Assembly (NCBI GenBank): GCA_964291315.2
Contig: OZ219750.1
Coordinates: 512,001 to 576,000, forward strand
DNA from: Candidatus Poribacteria bacterium
GTDB taxonomy: Bacteria > Poribacteria > WGA-4E > WGA-3G
Reading direction: 5' to 3'
Length of the DNA: 64,000 nt
In this document: one piece after another, positions 61,299 to 64,000 of the stretch
Layout: every line of letters starts with the position of its first letter
Position numbering within the stretch: the stretch's first letter is position 1
Translations under genes and position numbers: made by a program
Notes under the pieces: generated by a model
Told to the model about the DNA's origin: nothing
The model's database searches: none
Seen by the model: only the letters and a program-made list of their open reading frames with translations

Positions 61299-61643
61299 AT
61301 GGGTATCCCATTTTTTATCGTTTTTCTCCTTTCGATCGCTTTTTTGTCACTTGGGATAACTGGGTGGGGCGACTTCGTTTCGGTGGAGTGGGATAAGCAG
61401 GATTTATCTGAGGCAACCGGCGATCCCCGGGCTGTCTCCCCGTATCTTAGTTTTCAATCTAATTATTGGGCAATAGCACGGTGTTTCATGGGATTCTCGT
61501 TGTTTTTGGTGAGTCTTTATTTTATGGGTTTTTTTCTCTATCTCGAAGAGCGAGAAAGCGGACGAATTATGAAAAACGTTAAGAGCTTTGCCAGACTCCG
61601 CCAGTTTCTTGAACGACATGAAAAAAGAGACAGACGGCAATGA
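61299..61643 (+). CDS. Hypothetical 2-TM membrane protein
   Basis: 114 aa ORF with two hydrophobic segments, 13 nt after the dehydrogenase stop. Confidence 0.6.
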   Translation: MGIPFFIVFLLSIAFLSLGITGWGDFVSVEWDKQDLSEATGDPRAVSPYLSFQSNYWAIARCFMGFSLFLVSLYFMGFFLYLEERESGRIMKNVKSFARLRQFLERHEKRDRRQ

Positions 61644-62120
61644 ATTCTCTCATACAATCTCTTGCTAAAGACCTCAAAGGGTGTCAGGTGTTGGTAGTTT
61701 ATGAGGTCGCGCTCTTCATAATATGCTGTGCTACACCGAACAATACTGATATTGATCCAAAGGCGATAGTTGGAATCTAGATTTTCGATGAAAGTTCTGG
61801 GAAGGTTGCTAAAGATTTGTCTGCGGATGGCAAAAGGGGTAACTCAGGAGAGCTGTTAGCTTTGCCGGTTCTGCTGATGTGAACACGCCAGTGAATAAGC
61901 TGAAGAAGTGGTATTTTGTCGTCGATACCTACAATTACACTGAGTCTGAGCTTTACATTGATACTACATTTAAAGCAAACCTCAAACCAAGTCGTTGTCC
62001 AGAGAAAGGGTTACTGATAGTCAATAGTCTGTCTCCGGCAGGGCACGGGCGTGACAGAGCCTATTTCAGATGCCGCATCGACGATTAGGCGAATTGGTAA
62101 CGACATAGGACGTTTTGAAA
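61640..62120 (+). pseudogene. Degraded LamG-like jellyroll gene (end approximate)
   Basis: IDPKAIVGI*IFDESSGKVAKDLS (TAG 61778-61780 where Trp is expected), then in another frame WYFVVDTY....LYID and F...IDD. Confidence 0.65.
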
Positions 62121-62148
62121 GCACTTTGAAGAGGTAGATCCCGTCAGC

Positions 62149-63234
62149 ATGAAAGAACAATTAAAAAACGACTTGCTTCTTCGCGCATCGCGGTGCCAAC
62201 CGGTGGAGCGCGTACCTGTATGGATGATGAGGCAGGCCGGAAGATCAGATCCGCTTTATCGGCAGATTCGGCAAGAAATTAACCTCCCTTTAGAACGACT
62301 TTTCCGAACCTGCCCTACACCTACACCTATATTGGACACTGATATAGCTAGGGTGGTCGAAATCTCACTTCTGCCGAGGCGCATTGGTGTGGATGCTATT
62401 ATCGTCTACAAAGATATTCTTACACCGCTTGCCCCGATGGGTGCGCACTTCCGATTTAAACCAGGGCCTATCCTGAGTTCACCGATTCGGACTCAGGCAC
62501 AAATAGATGCGCTTCAGCCACTCCATGAAACATCGATCCAATTGGCATTTACTGGACGGGTCATTCGTGAGCTCAGCGAAACCTTGAATGGAGAGTTACC
62601 GCTCATCGGTTTTGCCGGTGCACCTTTGACGCTGGCCTTTTTTCTTGTTGCAGGAGAAAGTCCTATTAAGCGTGGTACCGGGGTATCCGAGAAAGCAACT
62701 CTTGTTTTCCAAATGATGGAAGAGGCACCTGAACTCTTACATTGTCTTCTAAATAAATTGACAGATATGACAATTCGTTATTTAAACTACCAAATCAGCC
62801 AGGGCGTTCAGGTGGTGCAACTGTTTGAGTCGATCGCGAGTGTTTTATCGCGCCAGAGGTACAAAACTTTTGCATATCCGTATCACCAGCGAATTTTCGC
62901 TGAAGTCAACTCAGAAACGCCGCGGATACTCTTTGCAAAAGAGTGTTCTTACCTTGATTTAATGCATCAGAGCGGGGCAGATGTACTGAGTGTTGGAAAA
63001 TGTGTTGATCTCGTCAAAGCTAAAGCCTTGACAAATGGTGCTGTCGCTTTTCAGGGGAATGTTGACAATGATCTTCTCCGAGATGGGACACTTGATGATA
63101 TCACATCAGCCGTTGAGACTTGTTTGAAACGCGGGGGTGGGATTGGACATATTTTGAATCTGAGCCATGGTCTTCATAAAGACACACCTTTTGAAAATGT
63201 TAAACATTTTGTCAATATTGCGAAAACGCTGTAG
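62149..63234 (+). CDS. hemE: Uroporphyrinogen decarboxylase
   Basis: PVWMMRQAGR, LIGFAGAP, QGNVD, ILNLSHG. Confidence 0.93.
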   Translation: MKEQLKNDLLLRASRCQPVERVPVWMMRQAGRSDPLYRQIRQEINLPLERLFRTCPTPTPILDTDIARVVEISLLPRRIGVDAIIVYKDILTPLAPMGAHFRFKPGPILSSPIRTQAQIDALQPLHETSIQLAFTGRVIRELSETLNGELPLIGFAGAPLTLAFFLVAGESPIKRGTGVSEKATLVFQMMEEAPELLHCLLNKLTDMTIRYLNYQISQGVQVVQLFESIASVLSRQRYKTFAYPYHQRIFAEVNSETPRILFAKECSYLDLMHQSGADVLSVGKCVDLVKAKALTNGAVAFQGNVDNDLLRDGTLDDITSAVETCLKRGGGIGHILNLSHGLHKDTPFENVKHFVNIAKTL

Positions 63235-63242
63235 GAAAATTA

Positions 63243-64000
63243 ATGAGAAACGTTTTGGCAAACCCCTTTGCCCCGCAACAATATGGGCAGCTCGTTAAAG
63301 TAACGAAGCGTGTGTATCTATTTCGGAATATCGTCAACTCCTCTATCATTATTGGTGATAAAGGGGTTGCGGTAATCGATACACAAGTAAATAAAAGGAT
63401 GGCACAGCGGCTCCTTAACGCTATTCGCACTATCACAGATAAACCTATTCTATACGCTATTAACACCCATTATCACTGGGATCATACGAATGGAAATACT
63501 GTTTTTCACGGAATAGGAGCAACTGTTGTTGCTCGTGAAATGACAAAAGACTTTATGGTAAATAGGTCCCCTCGGCAAGAGGCTTTCCTCCGTTCTCGCG
63601 GTTTTACCCTTGGGGATGCCCCCTTTCTTCCACAGGAAACCTTTGAACATGAAAGAGAACTCGATTTAGGCGATCAACTCCTTCATCTTATCCACTTAGG
63701 AAAAGCGGAAACAGACGATGCAACTGCTATCAGAATTCCAGCCGAGGGATGCATTGTCTCTGGTGATACTGTCATGACTGGAAGTTTTCCTATCTTTGGG
63801 CAACCTGTCATGAACGAGGGGCTCATGGCGAACCACGATTGGATTAACACAATTCAAGAGCTCCGCACATACGATCCGAAACATGTACTGCCCGGACATG
63901 GCCCTTTAGCACATACAGCAGAAATTGATTTGTTGCTCCAGATTGAAACCTATTTTTTGACAGAGGTCCGGAAACGTTTTGAACAAGGCATGTCCTTGGC
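63243..64000 (+). CDS. MBL-fold metallo-hydrolase, 3'-truncated by the window end
   Basis: Frame open from ATG 63243: VIDTQ, INTHYHWDHTNGN, SGD, LPGHG. Confidence 0.88.
   Translation, partial: MRNVLANPFAPQQYGQLVKVTKRVYLFRNIVNSSIIIGDKGVAVIDTQVNKRMAQRLLNAIRTITDKPILYAINTHYHWDHTNGNTVFHGIGATVVAREMTKDFMVNRSPRQEAFLRSRGFTLGDAPFLPQETFEHERELDLGDQLLHLIHLGKAETDDATAIRIPAEGCIVSGDTVMTGSFPIFGQPVMNEGLMANHDWINTIQELRTYDPKHVLPGHGPLAHTAEIDLLLQIETYFLTEVRKRFEQGMSL

Noticed and set aside
61778-61780. TAG readthrough (pyrrolysine or recoding)
   Set aside because: The rest of the gene has further frameshifts and stops, and TAG is a normal stop elsewhere in the window.

Overview
A 64 kb piece of bacterial chromosome, probably from Candidatus Poribacteria or a relative. 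This assignment is an inference from secreted proteins ending in KL[AT]T[TR]W..LK, a LamG remnant, and PhyH, NHL, sulfatase and FGE-domain genes. Much of it is housekeeping: an HNH-rnpA-yidD-yidC-jag-mnmE cluster, pdxJ, gdh, glnE, tatD, a ppiD-like gene, mqnC, rpoZ, six tRNAs, rpmG-secE-nusG-rplKAJL and hemE. Six things stand out. (1) A secreted FGE/C-type-lectin-fold gene (48398-50293) whose last ~100 nt look like a diversity-generating-retroelement (DGR) variable region; no template repeat or reverse transcriptase was seen in the window. (2) An array of degenerate palindromic sites around that gene's promoter. (3) An unassigned ~330 nt, potentially multi-pseudoknotted RNA just downstream of it on the opposite strand. 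(4) A selenoprotein split by the ORF track: a UxxC thioredoxin plus TPR with a SECIS-like hairpin (15462-16379). (5) A short C-terminal motif shared by two unrelated families of secreted proteins, a candidate sorting signal. (6) Tandem mosaic ~950 aa triple-lamin-tail-domain surface proteins. Three decayed genes are also present. All calls come from reading the sequence by eye; no searches or folding programs were run.
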